This document shows, in pieces, positions 28,302 to 38,238 of a stretch of 48,116 nt of DNA. The stretch spans positions 282,539-330,654 of the forward strand of contig CAYMEV010000001.1 of the NCBI GenBank assembly GCA_964389675.1, written 5' to 3'. Source of the stretch: an uncultured Candidatus Sumerlaeota bacterium. GTDB lineage: Bacteria; CAYMEV01. The stretch's first letter is position 1. Each line of letters opens with the position of its first letter. Below the pieces are notes generated by a model that saw nothing but the letters and a program-made list of their open reading frames with translations, was not told where the DNA came from and searched no databases. Both the position numbers and the translations under genes were made by a program.

Positions 28302-29825
28302 TCAATCCTTCAGCTTATAAGCTATATACATTGCTTCTGCATTTCCGTCATGATATACATCTGACCTGTATATCTCCATTTTTCTGCAAAGTTTCAGCTC
28401 CTCGGAGAATACTTTGTAAAGATAGGAGTAGGCATAAAACCCAAGGCAGTCATAATCCCCATTAAAAGCTTCCCTGTTTACCCTGTATCTGTAAACAGGC
28501 TCACTCCTGCTTCCCTTATCATCCTGCATCCTGTCCCATACTCCTGCCAGCATATAGTCAACATTCCTCTTCTTCAGATATAGCCCCAGCTCTCCTTTTT
28601 TTAAGTATTCATGGTAAACAAGGTCATTCATAAGGCCGTCAAGGCTCACAAAATCGACACCGCTCCAGAAGGAAAGAGCACCGCAGTCTGTATATGCCCA
28701 CTTTCCCCCCTTTTGTCTAATAAATTCCACAGTATCCCTGTTCTTTAACTCAAATGAACCGTCATACCCTTCATAGGCGCTTATCCCCGTTATAGCACTG
28801 TACATTAAAAGAATACCCATAATAGATACAATTATATACTTAAATTTCCTTTCCCCTGATCTCATTGAAAGCATTATTAAAAAACAGACCAGAGCAGAGA
28901 TGAATGGAAGCCCGAGATACCATACAGAAACAGTCTTTGCCCACTTCAAGAAAAGTATTATCCCTGCTGTCTGCCATAGTGCGCAGATACCCAGGGCAAT
29001 TCCCGGCCTGCCTGCCTTCTCTCCTTTGTTTATCAGCAGTATACCGCAAACAGAAGCAATAATACAAAAAACTGGCATATAGTTCTTGAACAGATTATGC
29101 AGCTGAAGATTTGCAAATGGGAATGAGCTTCTCAGAATCCCGCTTACAGGCATAAAATGCCCTAAATACAAGAAATTGAAAAGAAGATAGGTCCCGAGGA
29201 AGATAAGGGCAGGATATATGATCCTGAATTCTCTTTTCCCCATAATAACATATACAATAAAGACAGGAAGCACTATATATAAAAAGGAATCAAGCCTGGC
29301 AGAGCAAAGAAGCGCTCCCAGAATACCGGCGGCCATATACCTTTCCTGGTACAGAAAATATATAAAGAAGGCAAACAGGGGCAGTGTAACTGCAGACTCC
29401 ATACCATTGTAAAACACTGATATGTTTTTCGGGCATAAGGCAATCATCACAGAAAGCATGATAATAAGGCCAAATACCCTGTCCTTCTGCCTCTTAAGCA
29501 TAAATCCCATTATACATAATGGCATAAACAGGCCAAATGAGATAATAATATTTACCAGCCTGTATGCCTCCAGGGCTGTCATATCACCCGCAAGCATAAA
29601 GGCCACTGCCTGCATAACCCAGAACAGCGGATGGAAACCGCTTGCCTTTGTTTCTCCGTCAAAGGTTATTTCCCCGCTCCCGGCAAAGTTCCTTGCAGTT
29701 ACTGTATAATAATAGGCATCATCATTGAAGACATCCCTCTGCATACCCTTTAAGAACATGGAAAAGACCCCGAAGAAGATCCCGAGGATAAAAACATAAA
29801 AAACTATGTCATACTTCTTTATCAT
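28302..29825 (-). CDS. Integral-membrane protein, probable GT-C glycosyltransferase
   Basis: NDDAYYY after TM1, GFHPL, GMES, ARLD; many TM segments and a soluble C-terminal domain. Confidence 0.6.
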   Translation of the reverse strand: MIKKYDIVFYVFILGIFFGVFSMFLKGMQRDVFNDDAYYYTVTARNFAGSGEITFDGETKASGFHPLFWVMQAVAFMLAGDMTALEAYRLVNIIISFGLFMPLCIMGFMLKRQKDRVFGLIIMLSVMIALCPKNISVFYNGMESAVTLPLFAFFIYFLYQERYMAAGILGALLCSARLDSFLYIVLPVFIVYVIMGKREFRIIYPALIFLGTYLLFNFLYLGHFMPVSGILRSSFPFANLQLHNLFKNYMPVFCIIASVCGILLINKGEKAGRPGIALGICALWQTAGIILFLKWAKTVSVWYLGLPFISALVCFLIMLSMRSGERKFKYIIVSIMGILLMYSAITGISAYEGYDGSFELKNRDTVEFIRQKGGKWAYTDCGALSFWSGVDFVSLDGLMNDLVYHEYLKKGELGLYLKKRNVDYMLAGVWDRMQDDKGSRSEPVYRYRVNREAFNGDYDCLGFYAYSYLYKVFSEELKLCRKMEIYRSDVYHDGNAEAMYIAYKLKD

Positions 29826-30925
29826 TTCCTGCAGGCCTTAGCGTATATATTCTCATATTCCTTTACTACTTTCCTTATATCGTAATATTCCTCTGCCCTT
29901 TTCCTTGCCTTTTCCCCATAGCCCCGGGGATCAGCCTTTATCATCCCTATCAGCCCCTCTGCCAGAGCATCAATGTCACCTGCCCCCGCTACCATCCCTG
30001 TATCCCCTGTAATTTCTGCTGATTCCCCGGCATCTGTGACAACGCATGCAAGACTGCATGCCATTGCCTCGCCTATGGAGTTTGAGAAGCTTTCACTTAT
30101 TGAGGGCGATACAAAGATATCACCTGCTGAGAATATATCAGGTATATCATCTCTCTTCCCCAGAAGGATTACCCTGTCCTCAATACCATAAAGCAGTCTT
30201 TTTATTTCGAAGTTTGTACCATCCAGCCCCTTTCCTGCCATAATGAGACTGTAATCATAGCCCCTGCTCTTAAGTATCCTGAGTGAATCAAACAGGACTG
30301 AATAGCCCTTGAGCACATTCCATCTTCCCGCAGTTACTATTGCAATATCCTCATCCCTGATATCAAGCTCTTCCCTGATCCTTTTCCTGCCATTTTCATT
30401 GAACCTGAATTTCTCCAGGTCAAAGCCGTTCTTTACCATAACTGCATTCCTGCTGAAATACCCGAATTTTTCATGGCTTTCACGGGCTTTCCTGGAATTA
30501 TAGCTGATCATATCAACATACCTTGACAGAAAGCTGTTGATCCTTGCAATCCGCAGCGTCCATCTCTTATTATATTCCCTGTCCAGGTTTTCATGCCTGA
30601 TATTCCATACAAGGCACCTTTTCAAAAATACCCTTGATACAATGAAGGAGAAGAGATCTGCATGATAAAGCCAGCTGTCCACAATACAGGCCTTCCTGCA
30701 TACCTTTACGGCCTTTGCGATACCTGACGGAAGATTCCTCCAGCTGAGGTTCAATGCAAGAACCTTTATACCGTTTTCGGCAAACCTTCTTCCCATATCC
30801 CCCTCATCAGAGAGCGATATTATCTCATGCTCATATAATTTTCCTGAATTTATGCATATATTATAGAGCATCTTTTGTGCTCCGTTTGCAGAAAGCCCTG
30901 TTATAATATGGACGATCCTTGTCAT
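29822..30925 (-). CDS. GT4 glycosyltransferase
   Basis: HIITGLSANGAQKML, SWLYHADL, SESFSNSIGEAMACSLACVVTDAG; ATGA overlap with the downstream gene. Confidence 0.92.
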   Translation of the reverse strand: MTRIVHIITGLSANGAQKMLYNICINSGKLYEHEIISLSDEGDMGRRFAENGIKVLALNLSWRNLPSGIAKAVKVCRKACIVDSWLYHADLFSFIVSRVFLKRCLVWNIRHENLDREYNKRWTLRIARINSFLSRYVDMISYNSRKARESHEKFGYFSRNAVMVKNGFDLEKFRFNENGRKRIREELDIRDEDIAIVTAGRWNVLKGYSVLFDSLRILKSRGYDYSLIMAGKGLDGTNFEIKRLLYGIEDRVILLGKRDDIPDIFSAGDIFVSPSISESFSNSIGEAMACSLACVVTDAGESAEITGDTGMVAGAGDIDALAEGLIGMIKADPRGYGEKARKRAEEYYDIRKVVKEYENIYAKACRK

Positions 30926-31007
30926 ATTTAATAAATAGCATGTATTTGCATGTTTTCAAAATAAAACAGTGCTGGACAAAAACCGCCTTAAATGATAGAG
31001 ATTTACT

Positions 31008-32507
31008 ATGAGAAAGACAGCGGGTATCCTGACCTTTACCGGCATCCTTTCAAAAATATTCGGCTTCGGAAGGTATGTGACACTTGCAGGCTTCTACGGA
31101 GCATCCGGCATAAGCGATGCATACCTTATAGCCCTCACAATACCCATGACCATATTCCAGTTCATAGGCCAGGGCATTTCAACCACATTCATACCCGTCT
31201 TTACCAGGATACTTTCAGACCATTCTGAAGAAAAGGCTCAAAGGCATTTAAACAACCTTATCAATATACTGCTATTGCTCTGCACAGCATTAATATCAAT
31301 AGCTGTCATTTTATCCCCCCTGCTGGTCAGGATATTTGCATCAGGCTTTAAGGGCGATACTTATACCCTGGCTGTCAGCCTGACACGCATAACACTCATA
31401 GGTATATACTTTTCCGTGCTTATGAGGATTCTTACAGGCTACCTGCATGTAAAAGGAAGCTATATTATCCCAGGGCTTACAGGCATTCCCTTTAATATAA
31501 TAGTCATTATCTCTATCATACTGAGCAGACATAGCATCTATATACTTGCCGCAGGCACTCTCCTTGCCATGTTATCTGAGTTTCTCATGATCGTATATGC
31601 TTCATATAAGGCAGGCTACAGGTATATTCCGGTATTAGACCTGAAAGACCCTGACTTTAGGAAGATCTGCAGGCTTTCTCTCCCTGCAATAATAACCACA
31701 TCTGTAAAGGATATAAACTGGCTTGTTGACAGGACTCTTGCATCCAGAATAGCAACAGGGGCAGTATCAGCATTAAGCTATGCCACAAGGCTTACATATT
31801 TCATTCAGCAGACCTGGGTAACCGCACTGATTACAGTCATGTACCCTGCAATCTCAAAAATGTCTGCTGAAAAAGACATAAAGGGCATAAAAAGATCACT
31901 CTCTGATGTCCTTAATGCCGTCCACTTCATCCTTATTCCAGCCACCATAGGGGCACTCATATTTACAGTACCCATAGTGAACCTGATATTCGGCCGGGGT
32001 GCCTTTGACAAAGAGGCCGTATCCATGACATCCCACGCACTTGTCTTCTACAGCCTGGGCATGATATGCCTGGGCCAGTCAGAGGTACTTTCCCGTATAT
32101 TCTTCTCCCTCCAGGATACAAAGACACCTATGATATACAGCACAGCCGGTATGGTGCTGAACATCATCCTGAACCTGATACTTGTCCGTTTCCTCGGGAT
32201 CGGTGGCCTTGCCCTTGCTTCAAGCATATCTGCAGTATTCACTGCATTTCTTCTTTTTCTGTCCCTGAGAAAAAAAATAGGGTGCATGGACTTTAAAAAC
32301 CTCGGCATGGCATTTTCCAAGATGCTTGTATCAGGTATTATAATGGCATTTTATGCCAGGCATATATTTGCCGGCCTCCAGAATAGATTAAGCCCTGAAA
32401 TATCCCTGCTGATCTCCATATTATCAGGAGCCTGCTTTTATCTCCTGATTACCTATGCCCTTAAGGCTTCCCCTCTGCTAAGATCCCCCCGAGACAGGCA
32501 AATATAA
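31008..32507 (+). CDS. murJ: MurJ/MviN-like MOP flippase, probably glycan-locus associated
   Basis: SKIFGFGR, SDAY, TTFIPVF, VDRTLAS, LSYATRL, FGRGAF, QDTKTP, GLALASS. Confidence 0.8.
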   Translation: MRKTAGILTFTGILSKIFGFGRYVTLAGFYGASGISDAYLIALTIPMTIFQFIGQGISTTFIPVFTRILSDHSEEKAQRHLNNLINILLLLCTALISIAVILSPLLVRIFASGFKGDTYTLAVSLTRITLIGIYFSVLMRILTGYLHVKGSYIIPGLTGIPFNIIVIISIILSRHSIYILAAGTLLAMLSEFLMIVYASYKAGYRYIPVLDLKDPDFRKICRLSLPAIITTSVKDINWLVDRTLASRIATGAVSALSYATRLTYFIQQTWVTALITVMYPAISKMSAEKDIKGIKRSLSDVLNAVHFILIPATIGALIFTVPIVNLIFGRGAFDKEAVSMTSHALVFYSLGMICLGQSEVLSRIFFSLQDTKTPMIYSTAGMVLNIILNLILVRFLGIGGLALASSISAVFTAFLLFLSLRKKIGCMDFKNLGMAFSKMLVSGIIMAFYARHIFAGLQNRLSPEISLLISILSGACFYLLITYALKASPLLRSPRDRQI

Positions 32508-33603
32508 TAAACCTGAATGTCACAAAGTTCATCCTGCCTGCAACACTTACAATAAAGGAAAGTATAAAAAGCGCTATAAAAAGAGCCCTCAGCCTGCTGT
32601 CTGAAATATTCTTCCTGGCCCTTAAATACCTTAATAATATATCTGCAAATATGCCCATATATAATAACAGCCCTGCAAATCCTGCCCCATGGAGTATGAG
32701 ATTATAATCTGAATGTATGGTCCTTTCACCAAATTTCCCCCCTGCATAATTTCCCCTGCTGTTCCATATCTCCCGGCCGAAAAGGCTCTTTACAGGCTCC
32801 CTGAAGCTTAAAGCCTCTTTCCATACATCTATGGTCTCCTGGTATCTCAGTTCATCCTTAATTGAATAATTTTTCTCAAACACCCATCCCCTTGCCTCAA
32901 CCTGCTCATAAAGCAGGCCCTTATACAGCGGAAAAAGTATTATAACGGCCAGGACAGCCAGTATTAAATACCTGCAGTTTATCTTCCTGCCTACTGCAAA
33001 ATAAATTATATAGCCAAGCATAACTATAATTATTGCCATTCTCCTCATGCTGAGCACCAGGAGTATAAAGCCAAAAATCCCTGTAAAAGCCGCCATCCAC
33101 TTTACCCATTTCTTCTCATAAGAATCTATTATATAAGGCAGAAGCACCAAAACAAAAGCGGGAGCATACAAATAGGAATGAATTATAGCGCCGAAGGCGA
33201 CAGACCCATCATAGGCATAACCTTTACCCAATATATTTGCTGCTGCTGTATTGATAATAAACAAAGGCAGGATAAAAAAGGCATACCTGCCAATATCCTT
33301 CATCCGGCCTTTTGATATCCTTAATCCTGCAATATAGGCAAAAAGGGGAATAAATATATTTGCCTGCATGGCAAGGCTTCTTGCAAAATTGCCTGAAAAC
33401 GGAAGCAGTGCACAGGTATATACAAAGAAAAGATAAATAAAGATATTATCCCTGTAATTCAATCCCTCCCTGCAGAAAAACCAGCAGAAGAATACAAAAA
33501 AGGCAATAATCCTGAAAACCACAACAGCCTGCGGCATAAATAAGGCCATGCAGATATCGCAGAGAAATGAAAACAGCAAAAGGCTTCCAAATATAATTCT
33601 CAT
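32461..33603 (-). CDS. Wzy/O-antigen-ligase family membrane protein
   Basis: About 10 TM; LSMRRMA, HSDY...GFAG in the large loop. Confidence 0.65.
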   Translation of the reverse strand: MRIIFGSLLLFSFLCDICMALFMPQAVVVFRIIAFFVFFCWFFCREGLNYRDNIFIYLFFVYTCALLPFSGNFARSLAMQANIFIPLFAYIAGLRISKGRMKDIGRYAFFILPLFIINTAAANILGKGYAYDGSVAFGAIIHSYLYAPAFVLVLLPYIIDSYEKKWVKWMAAFTGIFGFILLVLSMRRMAIIIVMLGYIIYFAVGRKINCRYLILAVLAVIILFPLYKGLLYEQVEARGWVFEKNYSIKDELRYQETIDVWKEALSFREPVKSLFGREIWNSRGNYAGGKFGERTIHSDYNLILHGAGFAGLLLYMGIFADILLRYLRARKNISDSRLRALFIALFILSFIVSVAGRMNFVTFRFIIFACLGGILAEGKP

Positions 33604-33612
33604 AATGATTTA

Positions 33613-33641
33613 ATTATATAGAAAAGATATGCCCTATCCAA
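33613..33641 (-). promoter_or_regulatory. sigma70 promoter with near-zero leader
   Basis: Minus strand TTGGAT-17-TATAAT-9 nt-ATG(33603); no SD. Confidence 0.6.
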
Positions 33642-33682
33642 TATTTTCTTGATAAATATATAAAATAAATCAAAAATACCCC

Positions 33683-35206
33683 ATGAGGAAAATCCATAAG
33701 ATTCTTTTTATAGTATCCTGTATACTTTTATCCTATCTTGTCATACACTTCGGCGGTGTATTTGAAACAGACATAAAGCTTGTAATAGCCCTCTCAATAC
33801 CGCTTCTCCTGTTTTCCATCCTGAATTTCAGAAGGGTAAAAAGCCTTCTTTTCCTCAACTTTATCTTAATAATACTCCTGTTCTACCAGGTAATATATAT
33901 CCCCCAGCCCGTGATAAAATTAGTATCCCCTGAGACCCATGCCATATACTCAAGCATCATCCCCCTCTATTCTGACCCTGCAGAATCCAGGATCCTGAAA
34001 AAGCTCTCCGAGGAGGAAAACATAGAGGCTTATAAGCTTCTGGTCTCCAGGGTATTTGAAGACAGAGGCTATAATCCCCTTGAAATACCCTCCGGCACAA
34101 AATCACAGCCTTTTGCCTTCCTTACAAAAGAGTCATGGCAAACAACCCTTACACTCCTTTCCATGTATATCCTGGCTTTATTTTTAAGCATTTCCTTCGG
34201 TAGTTCCCACAGAAAGTCCCTTGAAAAAATATTCATATTTTTTATATGCATCCTTTCCCTCACCCAGATAATCATAGGCTACAGCAACCTTTTCTCCAAT
34301 GACCCTATGCATCTTGGATACTCCAAGCGCTATATGCTCTCTGTCTTTACAGGCACTTATGTCAACCGCAACCACATAGCGACACTGCTTCTAATGTTTG
34401 CCCTTGTTCTTTCAGGGCATCTGCTCTCAGCACTTTATAAATCAGTAAAGAATACCCGCTCAGTCAAAATTAAGCAGATAATACTGAAGATATACCACTC
34501 AAAGCAATGGTACTTCCTTCTTCTCCTTCCCCTCATATTAGGAAATTCTGCCGCCATATTCTCCACTCTTTCCCGCATGGGAGTATTTGCATTCATGGTA
34601 GCGCTCTTTGCATTCCTGATATTATATTTCATCATGTTTTCAAAAAATAGAAAGCTTTATTCAGCAATCTCCGTCGGAGTCATAATAATAATAATCTTTT
34701 TCTCCTTCAGGATATTCATTCATGATGATGATCTTGCTGATCTGGTGGAAAGATACGAAAAGCTTTCAGCAACCAATATACGATTCACTACTTATGAAAA
34801 GGCACTGGAACTGATAGAAATATTTCCGGCCACTGGCATAGGAATGGGTAATACAGCTCTAATCCTCTCTACATATATAAAAGGACCTGATGTTAGAGCC
34901 AGAGTCCAGGGAAAATTCGGATACTGGATGGCATACCTTCACAATGACATACTCCAGTTCATACTGGAGGGCGGTATCATAGCCCTGGCAGTAATTGCAT
35001 TATTTCTTATGGACATTATAAAAAAGCTATTATCATCACTGAATCAGAAGAGAATAAAAAACATAGGGTACTTCTGTGCCCTGCTTGGGATAATTATCCA
35101 CAGTACAATGGACTTCAGCCTCCGTATACCTGCCAACCTTTTTCTCTTCATGATGATTTACGGATTTTTATCTGTGGATAACTCCCGTATGAAGAATAAC
35201 AGATAA
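33683..35206 (+). CDS. O-antigen-ligase family protein (WaaL or O-oligosaccharyltransferase-like)
   Basis: GTYVNRNH, TLSRMG, GIGMG, HNDILQFILEGG, HSTMDFSLRIPAN. Confidence 0.8.
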   Translation: MRKIHKILFIVSCILLSYLVIHFGGVFETDIKLVIALSIPLLLFSILNFRRVKSLLFLNFILIILLFYQVIYIPQPVIKLVSPETHAIYSSIIPLYSDPAESRILKKLSEEENIEAYKLLVSRVFEDRGYNPLEIPSGTKSQPFAFLTKESWQTTLTLLSMYILALFLSISFGSSHRKSLEKIFIFFICILSLTQIIIGYSNLFSNDPMHLGYSKRYMLSVFTGTYVNRNHIATLLLMFALVLSGHLLSALYKSVKNTRSVKIKQIILKIYHSKQWYFLLLLPLILGNSAAIFSTLSRMGVFAFMVALFAFLILYFIMFSKNRKLYSAISVGVIIIIIFFSFRIFIHDDDLADLVERYEKLSATNIRFTTYEKALELIEIFPATGIGMGNTALILSTYIKGPDVRARVQGKFGYWMAYLHNDILQFILEGGIIALAVIALFLMDIIKKLLSSLNQKRIKNIGYFCALLGIIIHSTMDFSLRIPANLFLFMMIYGFLSVDNSRMKNNR

Positions 35207-35306
35207 TTACTTTCCTGCCCCCTTATCTGCAGGCATACAGCCAGATAAATAACATTCTACCCATTTTAACTGCAATAATACCTTGATTAAATATACCATT
35301 TTGATT

Positions 35307-35337
35307 AAAAAAAAAGGCAGGGATTAATATCCCTGCC
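35307..35337 (-). terminator. Intrinsic terminator for the minus-strand gene
   Basis: GGCAGGGAT-taat-ATCCCTGCC with a plus-strand A-run on the left (U-tract on minus). Confidence 0.85.
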
Positions 35338-35360
35338 CATTAATTATCATAAATTTCTCT

Positions 35361-36035
35361 TTATTTAATTGTAACCCTTATCTCACCATAGACAATACCG
35401 TCAGCAGTGCCTCTTTCAGGCACTAATGTATATATTCCTGCCGGCAGTGTCTGCCCTACCAGGGTTTTTCCTGCAGTCTTCCCGGAACTGTCTATTACCT
35501 TTGGGCCTGGATTATTTATATTATGTGGAGATATAAAATATAAAAACCTGCCAATTCCCTGTTTTATACCCATACCCTTTGTACCGTCATAGGTAAAGCT
35601 TTTAATTGTAACAGGATTGGTAATCACCAGCTGATTACCCTGCCAGAGGGGCTTAACCACAGCATTTTGCCTTCCCCACAGTATTACATCCTCCTGGCGG
35701 ATATTGGTATCAAGAGTTATTGTTACAGAGCCTCCCGGGCTTGCAAGTAATGTATAGTTGCCCGGAGGCAGTATGCCCTTTGGATTATGCTCATTATTAA
35801 CAGTAAGATAGCTTTTTCCATCTTTCCATATAGTATATGTTGTACCCTTCGGGCTGCTGTTAACAGCCACTATCTGAGCACGGGCTGTGAGTTTGACCGG
35901 ACTTGAGCTCTGCGGTGTCTTGGACAATTTAAATTGTGCAGCATGTAATGCAGAATTACTGCCTAAAATAAATAAAACAGCCATTATTATCCCAAAAAAT
36001 CTAATAAAACGGGTGCAATTTCTCAGGTTTATCAT
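35361..36035 (-). CDS. Secreted hypothetical protein (about 224 aa)
   Basis: SD AAGGAGG before ATG 36035; signal peptide ending ALHA; own terminator. Confidence 0.7.
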   Translation of the reverse strand: MINLRNCTRFIRFFGIIMAVLFILGSNSALHAAQFKLSKTPQSSSPVKLTARAQIVAVNSSPKGTTYTIWKDGKSYLTVNNEHNPKGILPPGNYTLLASPGGSVTITLDTNIRQEDVILWGRQNAVVKPLWQGNQLVITNPVTIKSFTYDGTKGMGIKQGIGRFLYFISPHNINNPGPKVIDSSGKTAGKTLVGQTLPAGIYTLVPERGTADGIVYGEIRVTIK

Positions 36036-36168
36036 TCCATTCCTCCTTTTTACATGATTATTAGATACTATCATTGATTGCTTCATAAGCAAGACTAAAA
36101 ATTTATCTCTATCAAGCAGGACTTTGATTGTAGATTTATGGAACAATATTCAGGACTATTATTATTTT

Positions 36169-38019
36169 TCAGCTTATAGTCTTTTTATAGGTAGGAACCA
36201 TCAATGCAAGCTGGAGTATTATCCCCTCTGTTTCACCCTTAATAGCCATCTGGAGCTTCTCCATATCTTTATTTATTGACTCCAGGTCAGAAAATACAGG
36301 TTTTCCTATATATATCTTTTCATGCTTTGTAGCCATCAAGCCTTCTTCTTTCATTAAAAGTTCCTCAAAAAGTTTCTCTCCAGGCCTTAAGCCTGTGATC
36401 TCTATCTTGATATCCTTATCAGGCTCAAAACCAGAAAGCAATATAAGATTTCTGGCAAGGTCCATTATCTTTACTGCAACACCCATATCCAGTACAAAGA
36501 TCTCTCCCCCTTCAGCCATTGCCCCTGCCTGTATTATCAACTGCACAGCCTCCGGAATGGTCATAAAATATCTCTGTACCTCCGGATGAGTAACAGTAAC
36601 AGGGCCCCCCTCAGATATCTGCTTTTTGAACAGCGGTATGACACTCCCGTTGCTTCCAAGCACATTTCCAAACCTCACTGCCATAAATTCCGTTTTGCTT
36701 TTTTCATTTAATGACTGAATGATCATCTCAGCAACCCTCTTGGTAGCTCCCATTATATTTGCAGGATTGACAGCTTTGTCCGTTGATACCAGCACAAATC
36801 TCTTTGTCCCGTATTTATCAGCACATTCTGCTACATTCTTTGTCCCGAATATATTGTTCTTAACAGCTTCAGCAGGGTTCTGCTCCATTAATGGAACATG
36901 CTTATGGGCCGCAGCATGGAACACAACCTCCGGCATAAACTCCCTGAATATCTCCTCAACCCTTTCCCTGTCACGTATAGAACCTATAAGGACATCCATA
37001 TCAAGCTCCCGATACCTGCTGTTAAGCTCATTTTCTATCTCAAATGCCCCGTTCTCATAATTATCCATGATCAGAAGCTTCCTTGGCTTAAATCCTGCAA
37101 TCTGCCTGCAAAGCTCAGAGCCTATACTTCCTCCTCCCCCCGTAACCAGAACAACCCTGTTATGCAGATATTCACTTATCTCAGCCAGATCAACCTTTAC
37201 AGGCTCTCTTCCAAGCAGGTCCTCTATATCGACATCCCTTATCTTCTTAATACTCACCTTTCCGTCTATAAGCTCATATATCCCCGGCACAATCTTAAGC
37301 TTGCATTTAGTCCTGCTGGATTCCTCTACTATTTCCTTTATCTCGCTTCTTTTCCCTGATGGTATGGCAATAATTATTTCATCTATTGCTTTCTTTTCCG
37401 CTACACTTCTTATATCTCCCCTGTCCCCCATTACAGGCACCCCGTTAATACTGGATCCTATCTTACTTCTGTCATCATCTATGATTGCCACAGGCCTGCT
37501 TTTAAGGTTCTCATGGTTCCTAAGCTCCTTTATTATTACAGCTCCTGCTTGTCCTGCTCCTATTATCATTACTCTCTTATAGTCAGCCTTCCTGCTGATG
37601 CTGTGCAGGCCAAAATTACGCAATCTTCTTGCAGCCCTGGCGCTAAAGCGGAATCCACCAATAAGCAGGATATCCAGCATAAATATGAGTATATAAATAC
37701 TCCTTGGCATATATTCCTTAATGATAAACATATATGCAATAACTCCCGAGTTTGCAATGAATGAAGCTCCGACTATCTGCAGAAGCTCCTCTATGCTTGC
37801 ATATTTCCATAGGCTTTTATATAAGCCCATTATATAAAATACAGCAATTTTTATGAATGTTATGGCTAATATATTATTAAAGTAGATATCAAGATATGTC
37901 TTAGGGCCAATACCACTCAAATTCCCCTCAAACCTTATAAGAAAGGCTAATATTATAACGATATTGACAAGTACCATATCAGATACAGCAAGGAATATTC
38001 CGATAGAGTATTTTCTCAT
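36169..38019 (-). CDS. Membrane-anchored UDP-GlcNAc 4,6-dehydratase (PglF/CapD/WbpM-like)
   Basis: Four N-terminal TM; GAGQAG; DIEDLLGR; TGGGGSIGSEL; HAAAHKHVPLME; STDKAV; MGATKR; RFGNVLGS; RPGEKL. ATG 38019 follows SD GAGGTG. Confidence 0.93.
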   Translation of the reverse strand: MRKYSIGIFLAVSDMVLVNIVIILAFLIRFEGNLSGIGPKTYLDIYFNNILAITFIKIAVFYIMGLYKSLWKYASIEELLQIVGASFIANSGVIAYMFIIKEYMPRSIYILIFMLDILLIGGFRFSARAARRLRNFGLHSISRKADYKRVMIIGAGQAGAVIIKELRNHENLKSRPVAIIDDDRSKIGSSINGVPVMGDRGDIRSVAEKKAIDEIIIAIPSGKRSEIKEIVEESSRTKCKLKIVPGIYELIDGKVSIKKIRDVDIEDLLGREPVKVDLAEISEYLHNRVVLVTGGGGSIGSELCRQIAGFKPRKLLIMDNYENGAFEIENELNSRYRELDMDVLIGSIRDRERVEEIFREFMPEVVFHAAAHKHVPLMEQNPAEAVKNNIFGTKNVAECADKYGTKRFVLVSTDKAVNPANIMGATKRVAEMIIQSLNEKSKTEFMAVRFGNVLGSNGSVIPLFKKQISEGGPVTVTHPEVQRYFMTIPEAVQLIIQAGAMAEGGEIFVLDMGVAVKIMDLARNLILLSGFEPDKDIKIEITGLRPGEKLFEELLMKEEGLMATKHEKIYIGKPVFSDLESINKDMEKLQMAIKGETEGIILQLALMVPTYKKTIS

Positions 38020-38167
38020 AGAGTATAACACCTCTGATTAATTTGCTCTGACTCTATCTTAATTATATTATTTTAAGATAATAATCAAGAAATTCTTATA
38101 CACCAGACCATAGTCGGTATATATATTGTTAAAAGATCTTTTCATTCTTGGGTTATTGCTAAAATCA

Positions 38168-38195
38168 TTGACATTCATTTCCGTAACAATAAAAT
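38168..38195 (+). promoter_or_regulatory. sigma70 promoter for the rightward operon
   Basis: TTGACA-16-TAAAAT. Confidence 0.6.
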
Positions 38196-38238
38196 ATATA
38201 CATGTATTTATTCAAAATTCAGCATAAAACTAATTTGA

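Noticed and set aside
984-33682. Invertible promoters or a shufflon explaining the alternating orientations
   Set aside because: No shared inverted-repeat sites found in the divergent gaps and no recombinase in the window.
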